NCBI GenBank assembly: GCA_043754515.1
Contig: JAYUUO010000248.1
Coordinates: forward strand, 1-26,083
DNA: 26,083 bases
Origin: Armatimonadota bacterium
Lineage (GTDB): Bacteria; Armatimonadota; Armatimonadia; Armatimonadales; Armatimonadaceae
Direction: 5' to 3'
Position 1 is the stretch's first letter. Each line of letters begins with the position of its first letter. This document shows, piece after piece, positions 9,061 to 18,415 of this stretch. The notes below the pieces were generated by a model, which did not search any database, was not told the DNA's origin, and was given only the letters and a program-made list of their open reading frames with translations. Position numbers and translations under genes: made by a program.

Positions 9061-10140
9061 ATGCGCATCGGAATTATAGAAACCTACCGGCAGTATCTGC
9101 CCGACTTCGCGGATCCCGCCGCCCCCGTCGTATCGCTCTGCGAGGGGAGCACGCCGCTGATCGAGGCACCACGCCTCGCGCCGAAATTGGGGTTTCCCGC
9201 GAACTTCCGCCTATTCCTCAAGTTCGAGGGGATGAACCCGACCGGCTCCTTCAAAGACCGGGGCATGACCGCCGCCGTCTCGGTCGCTAAGAAGAAAGGG
9301 ATGCGGGTGGTCATGTGCGCCTCGACTGGCAACACATCCGCCGCCGCGTCCGCGTACGCCGCCCGCGCGGATATGCGGTCGGTCGTGATACTGCCCAAAG
9401 GCGAAGTCGCGCTCGGCAAACTCTCACAGGCGTTGATCCACGGCGCGAAGGTGCTCGCCATCTCCGGCAACTTCGACGACGCCCTCACCCTGGTGCGGGA
9501 GATATGCGCCGAATATCCTATCGAACTGGTTAATTCGGTGAATCCGGTGCGTATAGAGGGACAGAAAACGGCGGCGTTCGAGATCGTGGACGCCCTCGGC
9601 GACGCGCCCGACTTCCACGCCCTTCCCGTCGGCAACGCGGGGAACATCACCGCCTACTGGCGCGGCTACCGCGAGTTCGCGGACGCGGGGAAGGCCACGC
9701 GCCGACCGCGTATGCTCGGATTTCAGGCGGCCGGCGCGGCCCCGCTCGTGCTCGGGCATCCGGTCGAAAAGCCACAGACGATAGCGACCGCGATCCGCAT
9801 CGGTAAGCCCGCCTCGTGGGACAGCGCGATCTCCGCCCGCGACGACTCCGGCGGGCTGATCCAATCCGTGACGGACGAGCAGATACTGGAGGCGTACGCT
9901 ATGGTCGCCGCCACGGAGGGCGTTTTCGCGGAACCGGCGTGCGCCGCGCCGCTCGCGGGCTTGAAGAAACTCGCCGCCGCCGGGTACTTCGCGCCGTTCG
10001 CCGACAGGCACTACACGGTGACGGCGACGCTGACCGGGCACGGGTTGAAAGACCCGGATCGTGCCCTGAAAACGGTGACTTCGGGCATTGTGGAAGTGGA
10101 CGGCGAACGCGGCGCGATCCTGCGAGAGATCGGGGTCTAA
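9061..10140 (+). CDS. thrC: Threonine synthase
   Basis: EGMNPTGSFKDRG (PLP lysine), CASTGNTSA, PVGNAGN and TGHGLKDP. Confidence 0.96.
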   Translation: MRIGIIETYRQYLPDFADPAAPVVSLCEGSTPLIEAPRLAPKLGFPANFRLFLKFEGMNPTGSFKDRGMTAAVSVAKKKGMRVVMCASTGNTSAAASAYAARADMRSVVILPKGEVALGKLSQALIHGAKVLAISGNFDDALTLVREICAEYPIELVNSVNPVRIEGQKTAAFEIVDALGDAPDFHALPVGNAGNITAYWRGYREFADAGKATRRPRMLGFQAAGAAPLVLGHPVEKPQTIATAIRIGKPASWDSAISARDDSGGLIQSVTDEQILEAYAMVAATEGVFAEPACAAPLAGLKKLAAAGYFAPFADRHYTVTATLTGHGLKDPDRALKTVTSGIVEVDGERGAILREIGV

Positions 10141-10224
10141 ATTGTGTTTGAAATATAGGCGGGCAGGGCATGAACTAAATGTCATTCACAACCGTACATA
10201 GTTCATCGAAGGAAATATCACCAT

Positions 10225-10884
10225 ATGAAACTGCCAGCCCCTGACGGCTATAGTGCATTGGAGTTCCGCGCGGTCGCCGCGAACGCGGTGGCGCCTCATG
10301 GTCCCGCGCCCGAGACATTCGCCCGGCTACAGGCGTATCGCGCCCAGGAAGAGAAGCGAGCCGAGACCCGGCGATGGCAACGTGCCGAGCGCATCATCCT
10401 TCTGCCCATTCTCTTAGTAGTGTTCGTCGCCCTACTCAACTTCAAAATGGGGGAGGTTCGAGGGCGATCCATGTCCCCTCTGTATGAGACAGGAGACAAA
10501 CTCCTGCTTCTCAAGTCCTACAAGACGTTTTCGCCGGTGAAGGTCGGCGATATAGTGGTCGTGAAACTCAAGCACGGCAAGTACGCTGGCGAGCAATGGG
10601 TGAAGCGGGTCGTGTTCGTGCAGAACGGAGCGGGCAACGCCCAGTGGCAACGCGACATACGAACGTCGCAAAACAATCACGTCTCACTCCCGTTCTGGTT
10701 TCCTCAGTACTTCCAGCATGAGAAGCAGGTACCGCGGGATAACGTCGTTGTGATGGGTGACAATCTGATGAACTCTACGGACTCCCGTGACGAGGAGATC
10801 GGTACCATCGCGCCCGATGAGATTCAGGGCAAAGTCATCAAGGTTTGGACGAGCGATAATAACTACCAACAGGCGGCTATGTAG
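10225..10884 (+). CDS. S26 family signal peptidase I-like protein
   Basis: Transmembrane segment, GRSMSP (catalytic Ser), VKRV (Lys) and GDNLMNSTDSR. Confidence 0.85.
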   Translation: MKLPAPDGYSALEFRAVAANAVAPHGPAPETFARLQAYRAQEEKRAETRRWQRAERIILLPILLVVFVALLNFKMGEVRGRSMSPLYETGDKLLLLKSYKTFSPVKVGDIVVVKLKHGKYAGEQWVKRVVFVQNGAGNAQWQRDIRTSQNNHVSLPFWFPQYFQHEKQVPRDNVVVMGDNLMNSTDSRDEEIGTIAPDEIQGKVIKVWTSDNNYQQAAM

Positions 10885-10886
10885 AT

Positions 10887-11822
10887 TTGCCCGTTGTAAT
10901 AAACACGAACATACCCGGCTTGACACGAGTTGCGACCGGGAAGGTTCGCGATATATACGTGGTCGGGAGCGATCAGATCCTGTTGGTCGCCACCGACCGC
11001 ATCTCCGCTTTCGACGTCGTACTGGAACAGGGCATCCCTGATAAAGGCGCGGTGCTGACACAGATTAGCGCGTTCTGGTTCGCGAAACTGGGCGCGGTCA
11101 CCCCCAATCACCTGATCTCGGTCAAGGACGACGAAGTGTTTTCGGCCCTGTCGAATGCGGGTGTCACACTGTCCCCTGAACTGCGCGGAACGCTGTCGCG
11201 CCGTTGCATGCTCTGCACCCGTACAAAGCCGCTCCCCATCGAAGCCGTGGTTCGCGGCTACCTATCCGGATCAGCGTGGAGTGCCTACCGCGCCGCGCCT
11301 CCAGCGAACGGTTCCGTGGATTTATGGGGGGTCACGATCCCGGCAGGCTTGACCGAGTCGGCGGCACTTCCCACGCCCATATTTACACCCTCTACTAAAG
11401 CCACCGCCGGGCACGACGAGCCGATGCCGCAAGCAGAAATTGTGGACTATATCGGCGTTCAAGCGGGTCCCGTGCGTGAAGCCGCGCTCCGACTTTACGA
11501 CGTGGCCGTAGCGTACGCCAGCGACCGGGGTATCATCATCGCCGACACGAAGTTCGAGTTCGGAATAGACGATGAAGGCACGTTGCTCCTGATTGACGAG
11601 GCACTGACCCCCGACTCATCGCGCTTCTGGCCCGCCGATACATATGCGCCGGGGCACGGGCAAGCCTCGTTCGACAAGCAGTTCGTACGTAATTTCCTCC
11701 TCTCCGTCCCCGGCTGGAACAAACAAGCCCCCGCGCCCACCTTGCCGGAGGAGATTGTGCAAAAGACAGCGACCAAGTACCGGGAGGCGTATCGTCTGTT
11801 GACCGGCGCAGAACTGGCCTAG
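10887..11822 (+). CDS. purC: SAICAR synthase
   Basis: GKVRDIY, TDRISAFD, ADTKFEFG, DEALTPDSSRFW and SFDKQFVR. TTG start. Confidence 0.96.
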   Translation: MPVVINTNIPGLTRVATGKVRDIYVVGSDQILLVATDRISAFDVVLEQGIPDKGAVLTQISAFWFAKLGAVTPNHLISVKDDEVFSALSNAGVTLSPELRGTLSRRCMLCTRTKPLPIEAVVRGYLSGSAWSAYRAAPPANGSVDLWGVTIPAGLTESAALPTPIFTPSTKATAGHDEPMPQAEIVDYIGVQAGPVREAALRLYDVAVAYASDRGIIIADTKFEFGIDDEGTLLLIDEALTPDSSRFWPADTYAPGHGQASFDKQFVRNFLLSVPGWNKQAPAPTLPEEIVQKTATKYREAYRLLTGAELA

Positions 11823-11823
11823 G

Positions 11824-12414
11824 ATGCTGAACCCGGTCATCCTCATGGGCACGCACATACGGTTGGAACCGCTCGCAATGGCGCATGCGGACGATCTCGC
11901 GCGAACCACGGGCGACCCCGCGACATGGCTCTATCACGGAATCGGCGATCTGACGGAGCGCGCTGATCTGGAGGCATACATAGCGTCCGTACAGGATGAA
12001 CCGTCACATGGCACCGGGCTGAACTTCGCCGTGGTGATGAACACGGCTGACCGTGCCATCGGCGCGACCAGTCTGTGGGACATCTCGCTGGCGCACCGCC
12101 GCGCCGAGATCGGGCGGACGTGGCTCCCCCCCAACGCCCGCCGGACCGGCGCGAACACGGAGGCGAAGTTCCTCCTGCTTCGGCACGCCTTCGAGAGCCT
12201 GGGAATGCTCCGCGTGCAACTCAAGACCGACACCCGCAATACGGCATCCCGGCACGCCATCGAGCGGCTCGGCGCGACGTACGAGGGCGTGCTACGCTCG
12301 CACATGATTTTGCACAACGGCTTGGTCCGCGATACGGCGTATTACAGCGTGATCGCGGACGAGTGGTCGGCGGTGAAAGAGCATTTGCAGGAACTGATGA
12401 CGCCGCGCCTTTAA
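11824..12414 (+). CDS. GNAT N-acetyltransferase, RimJ/RimL family
   Basis: EIGRTW...RRTGANTEAKFLLLRHAFE...RVQLKTDTRNTASRHAIERLGA. Confidence 0.9.
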   Translation: MLNPVILMGTHIRLEPLAMAHADDLARTTGDPATWLYHGIGDLTERADLEAYIASVQDEPSHGTGLNFAVVMNTADRAIGATSLWDISLAHRRAEIGRTWLPPNARRTGANTEAKFLLLRHAFESLGMLRVQLKTDTRNTASRHAIERLGATYEGVLRSHMILHNGLVRDTAYYSVIADEWSAVKEHLQELMTPRL

Positions 12415-13403
12415 GCGTCTATCGCGTCCAGGACGAGCGACGCCCCGCCGAAGATCCCCGCGTCGTCGCCCAACTCCGCCGGGACGATCGGACACACCTT
12501 GACCAGGGACGGGATGCCGTTCGCGAGGCAGGCGCGGCGGATCGGATCCAGGATCAGGTCGCCCGCCTGCGCGATCCCCCCGCCGACCACTACGAGTTCC
12601 GGGTTGAGCAGGTTGATCATGGAGGCGATACCGATCCCGACGTAGCGGCCCGTCTCCTCGAACGTCTCGATGGCGAGTTCGTCCCCTTCCGCCGCCGCGT
12701 CCGCTATGTCTTTGGGGGTTAGTAAGTGCCAGTCATAGCCAACCTTTTCCGCGAGGAGCGACTTGCGGCCGGTGCAGATTTTGCGGGCGGCGCGCTCCGT
12801 AATGGCCGCTATCTGCCCCATGGCTTCGAGCGAGCCGAACGCCGCCGCGCCGCCGCGCTCGCCCGCCGCGATGATAATGTGCCCGATTTCGCCCGCGCCG
12901 CCGGTCGCGCCCGTCCACAACTTACCGTCCAGGATGATACCGCCCCCTATCCCGGTCCCCAGCGTGATCATCACCATCGTCCGCACCGCGCGGCCCGCCC
13001 CGAAGCGGAACTCGCCGAGCGCGGCGACGTTCGCGTCGTTGCCCATGATCACGGGCAGTCCGGTCTGCTCCGAAACTGGCTTCGCGAGCGCGACGTTACG
13101 GTACGGCAGGCCATCCTGGAAGAAGTTCGGTGCCCAGATCACGGTGCCACTCTTCTCGTCAATGTGTCCGGGGACGCCGATTCCCAGGCCCGCGATCTCC
13201 TCGACGCGCACTCCGGCGGACTTGATCGCGGTCTCGGCGGCGTCGGCGATGCGCCCGACCGTGGTACGGATGCCCTCGGTCGCGAGCGACGGGGCGCGCC
13301 CGGAGCCGAGGATCTTCCCCGCCCGGTCGGTCACGGCGGCGCGGACATTGGTGCCGCCGAGGTCTACGCCCAGGATGTAGGCGGCTTGCTTCTTGATTTC
13401 CAT
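12411..13403 (-). CDS. ROK family sugar kinase (glucokinase-like)
   Basis: GVDLGGT, GNDANVAALGE, TLGTGIGGG, AGEIGH and LGDDAGIFGGA. Confidence 0.92.
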   Translation of the reverse strand: MEIKKQAAYILGVDLGGTNVRAAVTDRAGKILGSGRAPSLATEGIRTTVGRIADAAETAIKSAGVRVEEIAGLGIGVPGHIDEKSGTVIWAPNFFQDGLPYRNVALAKPVSEQTGLPVIMGNDANVAALGEFRFGAGRAVRTMVMITLGTGIGGGIILDGKLWTGATGGAGEIGHIIIAAGERGGAAAFGSLEAMGQIAAITERAARKICTGRKSLLAEKVGYDWHLLTPKDIADAAAEGDELAIETFEETGRYVGIGIASMINLLNPELVVVGGGIAQAGDLILDPIRRACLANGIPSLVKVCPIVPAELGDDAGIFGGASLVLDAIDA

Positions 13404-13915
13404 GAGGCTGATTCCATTCGTGCGGCAGGTTTAAGCCGCGATTTCGTCTGGAACCCATTTCGCGCGTGCGCCGCGTAAATCCTGCGTCATCTTCACTACC
13501 GGGTTCGCGCGTCGCCGTCACGCCCGCGCGAACGATACCCGCGTTACTACGCCTTGCCGCTCATGGTAGAAACCATCCCACGCACCCGACGCGTGAACCC
13601 GCCTCCCTATGTTCTTTCAGCACGGCGATTTCGGGGCGGTCACCTTCTGCTCTCGCCGATGACGCGGTGGGAAGAGGAATGCCGTCTGTAACCGCCATTC
13701 GACAGCCGTGGACGGGTGCCGGGGTGCCGGGGGGAGGGAGCGGGGAGGAAAACCAGCGGTGCTGCGTCCTTGTTACGACCGCGCGAAGCGGGCGCGGACA
13801 CTCGATCAGGCAAACACTTTGGCAAACGAATCACAAGATATGCCGCTTTTTCCCCTCCATACCCCAACATGTCGCCCTGTTCCATAAAATATGTCCTATT
13901 TTTCGCGCGAAGTTA

Positions 13916-13944
13916 TTGACACGCCTCCTGGCAACCCGTACAAT
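13916..13944 (+). promoter_or_regulatory. Sigma-70 promoter of the dcw operon
   Basis: TTGACA (13916-13921), a 17-bp spacer, then TACAAT (13939-13944). Confidence 0.8.
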
Positions 13945-13951
13945 CGGTCAA

Positions 13952-13976
13952 GTGGCGACTAGTGGTGACTGAGTGG
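13952..13976 (+). promoter_or_regulatory. MraZ binding repeats
   Basis: GTGG at 13952, 13962 and 13973 (10-11 bp period) just upstream of mraZ, as known for MraZ operators. Confidence 0.8.
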
Positions 13977-13986
13977 AGGCAAAGGG

Positions 13987-14430
13987 TTGTTCAGGGGGGC
14001 GCATTATCATTCCGTGGATGACAAGGGGCGGGTAATCATCCCGCTCCGTTTCCGCTCGGAACTCGGCAACCTGTTTCTGATCACCAAAGGCATGGATCGC
14101 TGTCTGTTCGTGTACCCGGAGGCGGAGTTCGTGCTGATGGAAAACAAACTGCAAACCCAGCCCGCGCTGGATAAACACACGATCCGGTTGCAACGCTGGT
14201 TTTCCGCCGAGGCGGTGGAGTCGCAGGTGGATTCGCAGGGGCGCGTGGCGATCCCCGGCAACCTGCGCGACTTCGCGACCATCGGCGAGGAAGTCGCGAT
14301 AGTGGGCGCGGGAAAGCGCATTGAGATCTGGTCACGTTTCGGTTGGGACGCTTTTAACGCTACCTTGAGTGACGATGACATCATGGAATCGGCGGTAGAA
14401 GTCGGACTGGGGAAAGGTTGGGCTAAGTGA
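13987..14430 (+). CDS. mraZ: Transcriptional regulator MraZ
   Basis: Duplicated DDKGRVIIP / DSQGRVAIP motifs. First gene of the dcw cluster. Confidence 0.96.
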   Translation: MFRGAHYHSVDDKGRVIIPLRFRSELGNLFLITKGMDRCLFVYPEAEFVLMENKLQTQPALDKHTIRLQRWFSAEAVESQVDSQGRVAIPGNLRDFATIGEEVAIVGAGKRIEIWSRFGWDAFNATLSDDDIMESAVEVGLGKGWAK

Positions 14431-15404
14431 GCGCGTATCACACCCCGGTGATGCTGGCGGAGTGTCTGGATGCGCTGAGCCTCGCGCCGGGGCGGCGCGT
14501 GGTGGACGGCACCCTGGGCGGCGGCGGGCACGCGCGGGCGATAGCGGAGCGGATCGCGCCCGGCGGCGTTCTGCTCGCGCTGGATCAGGACGCGGACGCG
14601 CTCGCGGAGGCGGCGAAAACGCTCGCGGATATTTCGGGCGCGGTGACGGTTCGCCTTCGCCAGACGAATTTCGCGCGAATCGCGGATGCGGTGGCGGCGG
14701 AAGGCATCAGCGGGGTGGACGGCGTCCTGCTCGATCTCGGCGTCTCGTCCCACCAGTTAGACACGGCGGATCGGGGGTTCGCGTTCCGGTATGTCGGGCC
14801 GCTGGACATGCGGATGGACCGGGATAACGGCGACCGGAAGACGGCGGCGGAGTTGGTCAACACACTCCCCGAGGCGCAACTGGCGCGGATATTTTTCGAG
14901 TACGGCGAGGAGTCGCGGTCGCGGCGCATCGCGGCGGAGATCGTGACGCGGCGGCGGCAGAAGCCGTTCGCGACCACGGAGGATTTGGTGGACGCCGTGC
15001 GGGGGACGATGCCGCTTCGGACGCGGGCGGGCGAGATACACCCGGCGACCAAAGTGTTTCAGGCACTGCGGATCGCGGTCAACGGCGAACTCGAGGTGCT
15101 AGAGGCGGGGCTTCGCGCGGCGGCGCGGGTGCTTGCTCCGGGCGGGCGGCTGGTGGTGATGTCGTACCACTCGCTCGAAGATCGCATCGTTAAAAATGTC
15201 TTCGCGGAACTGTCGGGGAAGCGGGTCGAGACGGACCTGCCCGACCCAACCCCGCGACCGGCGGCGATCCTAACGGTACTGACGAAGAAGCCGGTGGCAC
15301 CAACAGACGCCGAAACGCGCGCGAACCCGCGTTCCCGCTCCGCGAAACTGCGGATAGCGGAGCGGGTCGGCTCCCCGGAAGGCCGGGCCGAGTCGAGCGG
15401 CTAA
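14427..15404 (+). CDS. rsmH: 16S rRNA C1402 N4-methyltransferase
   Basis: HTPVML, DGTLGGGGH, DLGVSSHQLD, PLDMRMD, SYHSLEDRIVK and NPRSRSAKLR. Confidence 0.97.
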   Translation: MSAYHTPVMLAECLDALSLAPGRRVVDGTLGGGGHARAIAERIAPGGVLLALDQDADALAEAAKTLADISGAVTVRLRQTNFARIADAVAAEGISGVDGVLLDLGVSSHQLDTADRGFAFRYVGPLDMRMDRDNGDRKTAAELVNTLPEAQLARIFFEYGEESRSRRIAAEIVTRRRQKPFATTEDLVDAVRGTMPLRTRAGEIHPATKVFQALRIAVNGELEVLEAGLRAAARVLAPGGRLVVMSYHSLEDRIVKNVFAELSGKRVETDLPDPTPRPAAILTVLTKKPVAPTDAETRANPRSRSAKLRIAERVGSPEGRAESSG

Positions 15405-15512
15405 AGCCGGGACAAGTTGTTGGGTTGCGAGGAGGGCGGAGGCGATCTCGCGGGCGGGATGGGATACCGGCACGGGGCTTCTAAAGGACAGTGAATCGGA
15501 GGACAGGCAGAC

Positions 15513-16085
15513 ATGGCAACGGTGGTGACGGGCAACAAGAAAGGGACGGGGAGACAGAGCACGTTTTCGACAACGACGGCGCGCCCTGCCGAACGTCCCT
15601 ACCACTTCGCGCCGGGTGTCGCTCCCGGCGGCGAGACGTCCCCTACTCCTTCCGCGCGACCCAACATAACCGTGGTGCCGCACCCACGCAAGCGTCCCGG
15701 CGGGTTGCGTGCCGCGACGACGGACGCCCCGGCGGCACTCCCGATGGGCCAACGCGGCTCGCGCCCGACGCGGATCGCTAAAAACCTGTCGGCGCGCTCC
15801 CCGATGTTCGCGGCGACACTGTGCGCGTCGTTCGCGGTATCGCTCCTATGCCTGTATGTGACCGCATACGCGCGGGTGAACGCCGAGCGATTGCAATTGG
15901 CCCGTCTGCGCCAGGAATTAAAACTCGCCGAAAGGCGTGAAATCCTGCTCAAGGGTGCCATCAGTCAGTACCATCTGGCCGCGACCGCGCGGGCGCAGGC
16001 GATGGGCATGGTTCCCGCCCCGCCAGAGGCGGTGCAAGTGCTGACCGAAGACGGGTCCGCGCCCGAAACCGCGGTAGTGAAGTAG
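15513..16085 (+). CDS. ftsL: FtsL-like cell division protein
   Basis: Lies between rsmH and the PBP gene. Single transmembrane segment followed by a coiled coil, with a long disordered N-terminus. Confidence 0.7.
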   Translation: MATVVTGNKKGTGRQSTFSTTTARPAERPYHFAPGVAPGGETSPTPSARPNITVVPHPRKRPGGLRAATTDAPAALPMGQRGSRPTRIAKNLSARSPMFAATLCASFAVSLLCLYVTAYARVNAERLQLARLRQELKLAERREILLKGAISQYHLAATARAQAMGMVPAPPEAVQVLTEDGSAPETAVVK

Positions 16086-16146
16086 TGTTTCGTTTCCCGC
16101 CGCGTGAGCGCGGCGTGATGTATTGCTTGGAGGTTTCGTTCGCGCC

Positions 16147-18171
16147 ATGGCAACCCTCGACACGTACCGTTTTCGCCCACAGGGAAGAGCACCGGCTCCG
16201 CTCCGGCCCGGTGGCACCCCGAACTCGCGCCGCGACACGCGCCCCGCTCCGGCTAGCCGGGTAGCCGCCGCGCCGAGGAAGCGCACCCTCGCCGCCGAAC
16301 GCGCCACGTCCCGCGCCTGCGCCCCGCGACGTGTCGGCGTGGTCTGCGCTTCCATCGGACTCGCCTACCTCCTGCTGATCGGCAAACTCGCGTATGTCCA
16401 GGTCGGGCAACACAAACATTACGTCGCCGAAGCACTACGCATGCGGCGCAAGACCATCGCGCTATCCGCTCCGCGCGGCGTCATGCTGGATCGCAACGGC
16501 ACGCTACTGGTCCAGAACGAACCCGCCGCGACTATCGTGGTTGACCCGAACCTCTGGGGCGCGGACCTGAACAAGAGGAAAGGCGAGACGTTCGAGGGGC
16601 GTAAGGCGAACACCCTGATCCATCTACAAGCGTTGCTACCCGGCATCAATGTCGCGGGCGAGATAGAGAAGCGGTGCGCCTCGCCTAGAATCACGGCGAA
16701 CGGCAAGGCGCATTTTCGCCCCATGGATCTCGCGCGGCGCGTGCCCGTCTCGGTCGGCGAGGCGGTTCAGGCCGCCATCAAGTCCCAGGGGATAATCGGC
16801 GTCAACGTGTTCTCCGACACGGTGCGCAAGGCGATCAACGGCGACCTCGCGCCGCAAATCATGGGATTCACGGGCCAGGAGGGCGACGGTCTGGACGGAC
16901 TGGAGCGCGTGCTCGACCCGTCGCTGTTCGGCAAGAGCGGTTTCGTGACCGCCGAGTTCGACAAATCCAAAAGCCCGATACCCGGCACCGAGTTTAAGCG
17001 CGTCGAGCCGCGCGGCGGGCGGGATGTGGTACTGACGCTGGACGCCGCGTTGCAACACGACGTCGAATCCGCGCTGGACAAGGTGTTCCGCTTGTCGCAG
17101 GCCGAAGCCGCGGTCGCCGTCGTGCTCGACCCGAAAACTGGGGACATTCTGGCAATGGCGAACCGACCGACGTACAACGTCAACCGGCGCGATCCGGCGA
17201 CGATCGGGGGTCGGATGAACCGTTGCGTATCCGCGCCCTATGAGCCTGGCTCGACGCTTAAGGTTATGACGCTCTCCGCCGCGCTAGAGGAAAAGTTAAT
17301 CACGCCGGACGCACGGTTCTATTGCGGGGGCGGCATGGGGGTAGGCAAATATATGATCCACTGCGCGCACGGTGCCCGCCACGGCGACGAGACCGCGACC
17401 GACGTGATCAAAAACTCCTGCAACATCGCCACGGCGCAGATTGCGTTCCGGCTCGGCAAGGACAAGCTATACCAGTACGAAAAAGCGTTCGGGTTTGGCG
17501 ACAAAACCGGTGCCGGACTACCCGGCGAGAGTCGCGGTTTGCTTTCGGCGACCGACACCTGGTCGAACATCAAACTCGCCAACATCGGGTTCGGCCAGGG
17601 GATTTCGGTGACACCGCTCCAGCTAGCCGCAGCGTACGCCGCCATAGCGAACAACGGGACCTACCTGCAACCCCGAATCGTCTGGGGGCAACGCAACCCG
17701 GCCACGGGCGAACTCGAACCGGACAAAATCGCGGCGGGGCACTTCGTGGTCTCGCCGGAAACGGCGGCGGCGGTACGCGTCATGCTCCAGCAGGTAGTGG
17801 ATCACGGCACGGGCGACAAGGCGCGCCTATCATCGTGGACATCGGGCGGCAAAACCGGCACCGCGCAGATCGCGCGGGGCGGACACTACAACGGCAAGTA
17901 CGTCTCGTCGTTCGTCGGTATGGCTCCTATGAATGATCCCCAGTTCGTGATCCTGGTCGCGGTCACCGCGCCGAAGGGCGCATACTACGGGGGCGTGGTC
18001 GCGGGTCCCGTGTTCAAGGAGATAGCCGAGAAAGCATTGATGGCACGTCGCGTTGCGCCGGATAAAATACAGTTCATGGACGGGAACGGCGACACGCACA
18101 GCCAGATAAAGCGGGTTTGGAGCGCGGCGAACAAGCCGGGCGTGGTTGACGCGCGGAAATACGCGGAGTGA
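16147..18171 (+). CDS. ftsI: Class B penicillin-binding protein (FtsI/SpoVD-like)
   Basis: EPGSTLK (SxxK), SCN (SxN) and KTG motifs. ATG 16147 follows GGAGG. Confidence 0.92.
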   Translation: MATLDTYRFRPQGRAPAPLRPGGTPNSRRDTRPAPASRVAAAPRKRTLAAERATSRACAPRRVGVVCASIGLAYLLLIGKLAYVQVGQHKHYVAEALRMRRKTIALSAPRGVMLDRNGTLLVQNEPAATIVVDPNLWGADLNKRKGETFEGRKANTLIHLQALLPGINVAGEIEKRCASPRITANGKAHFRPMDLARRVPVSVGEAVQAAIKSQGIIGVNVFSDTVRKAINGDLAPQIMGFTGQEGDGLDGLERVLDPSLFGKSGFVTAEFDKSKSPIPGTEFKRVEPRGGRDVVLTLDAALQHDVESALDKVFRLSQAEAAVAVVLDPKTGDILAMANRPTYNVNRRDPATIGGRMNRCVSAPYEPGSTLKVMTLSAALEEKLITPDARFYCGGGMGVGKYMIHCAHGARHGDETATDVIKNSCNIATAQIAFRLGKDKLYQYEKAFGFGDKTGAGLPGESRGLLSATDTWSNIKLANIGFGQGISVTPLQLAAAYAAIANNGTYLQPRIVWGQRNPATGELEPDKIAAGHFVVSPETAAAVRVMLQQVVDHGTGDKARLSSWTSGGKTGTAQIARGGHYNGKYVSSFVGMAPMNDPQFVILVAVTAPKGAYYGGVVAGPVFKEIAEKALMARRVAPDKIQFMDGNGDTHSQIKRVWSAANKPGVVDARKYAE

Positions 18172-18415
18172 GATTATGTTCGCGTTTCTTTGAGTTCTAG
18201 GGAGTGTGGGGTGAGTGGGTCACGAGGGAGACGGCGGGCTTGGGGAGTCGGTATGGTCGGGTTCATCGGCGGGTTAGAGCGTCGGGCCGGGCGAACCCGC
18301 CACCCGACGTGGCTTTAACAAAACAAGACGGTATTAAGGTGTTACGGAAGGTATGTACGCCCCCACTATTGCCGGGACAACCGGAGTTGTAGAGAGGGCG
18401 AAGCGATAACAAATC

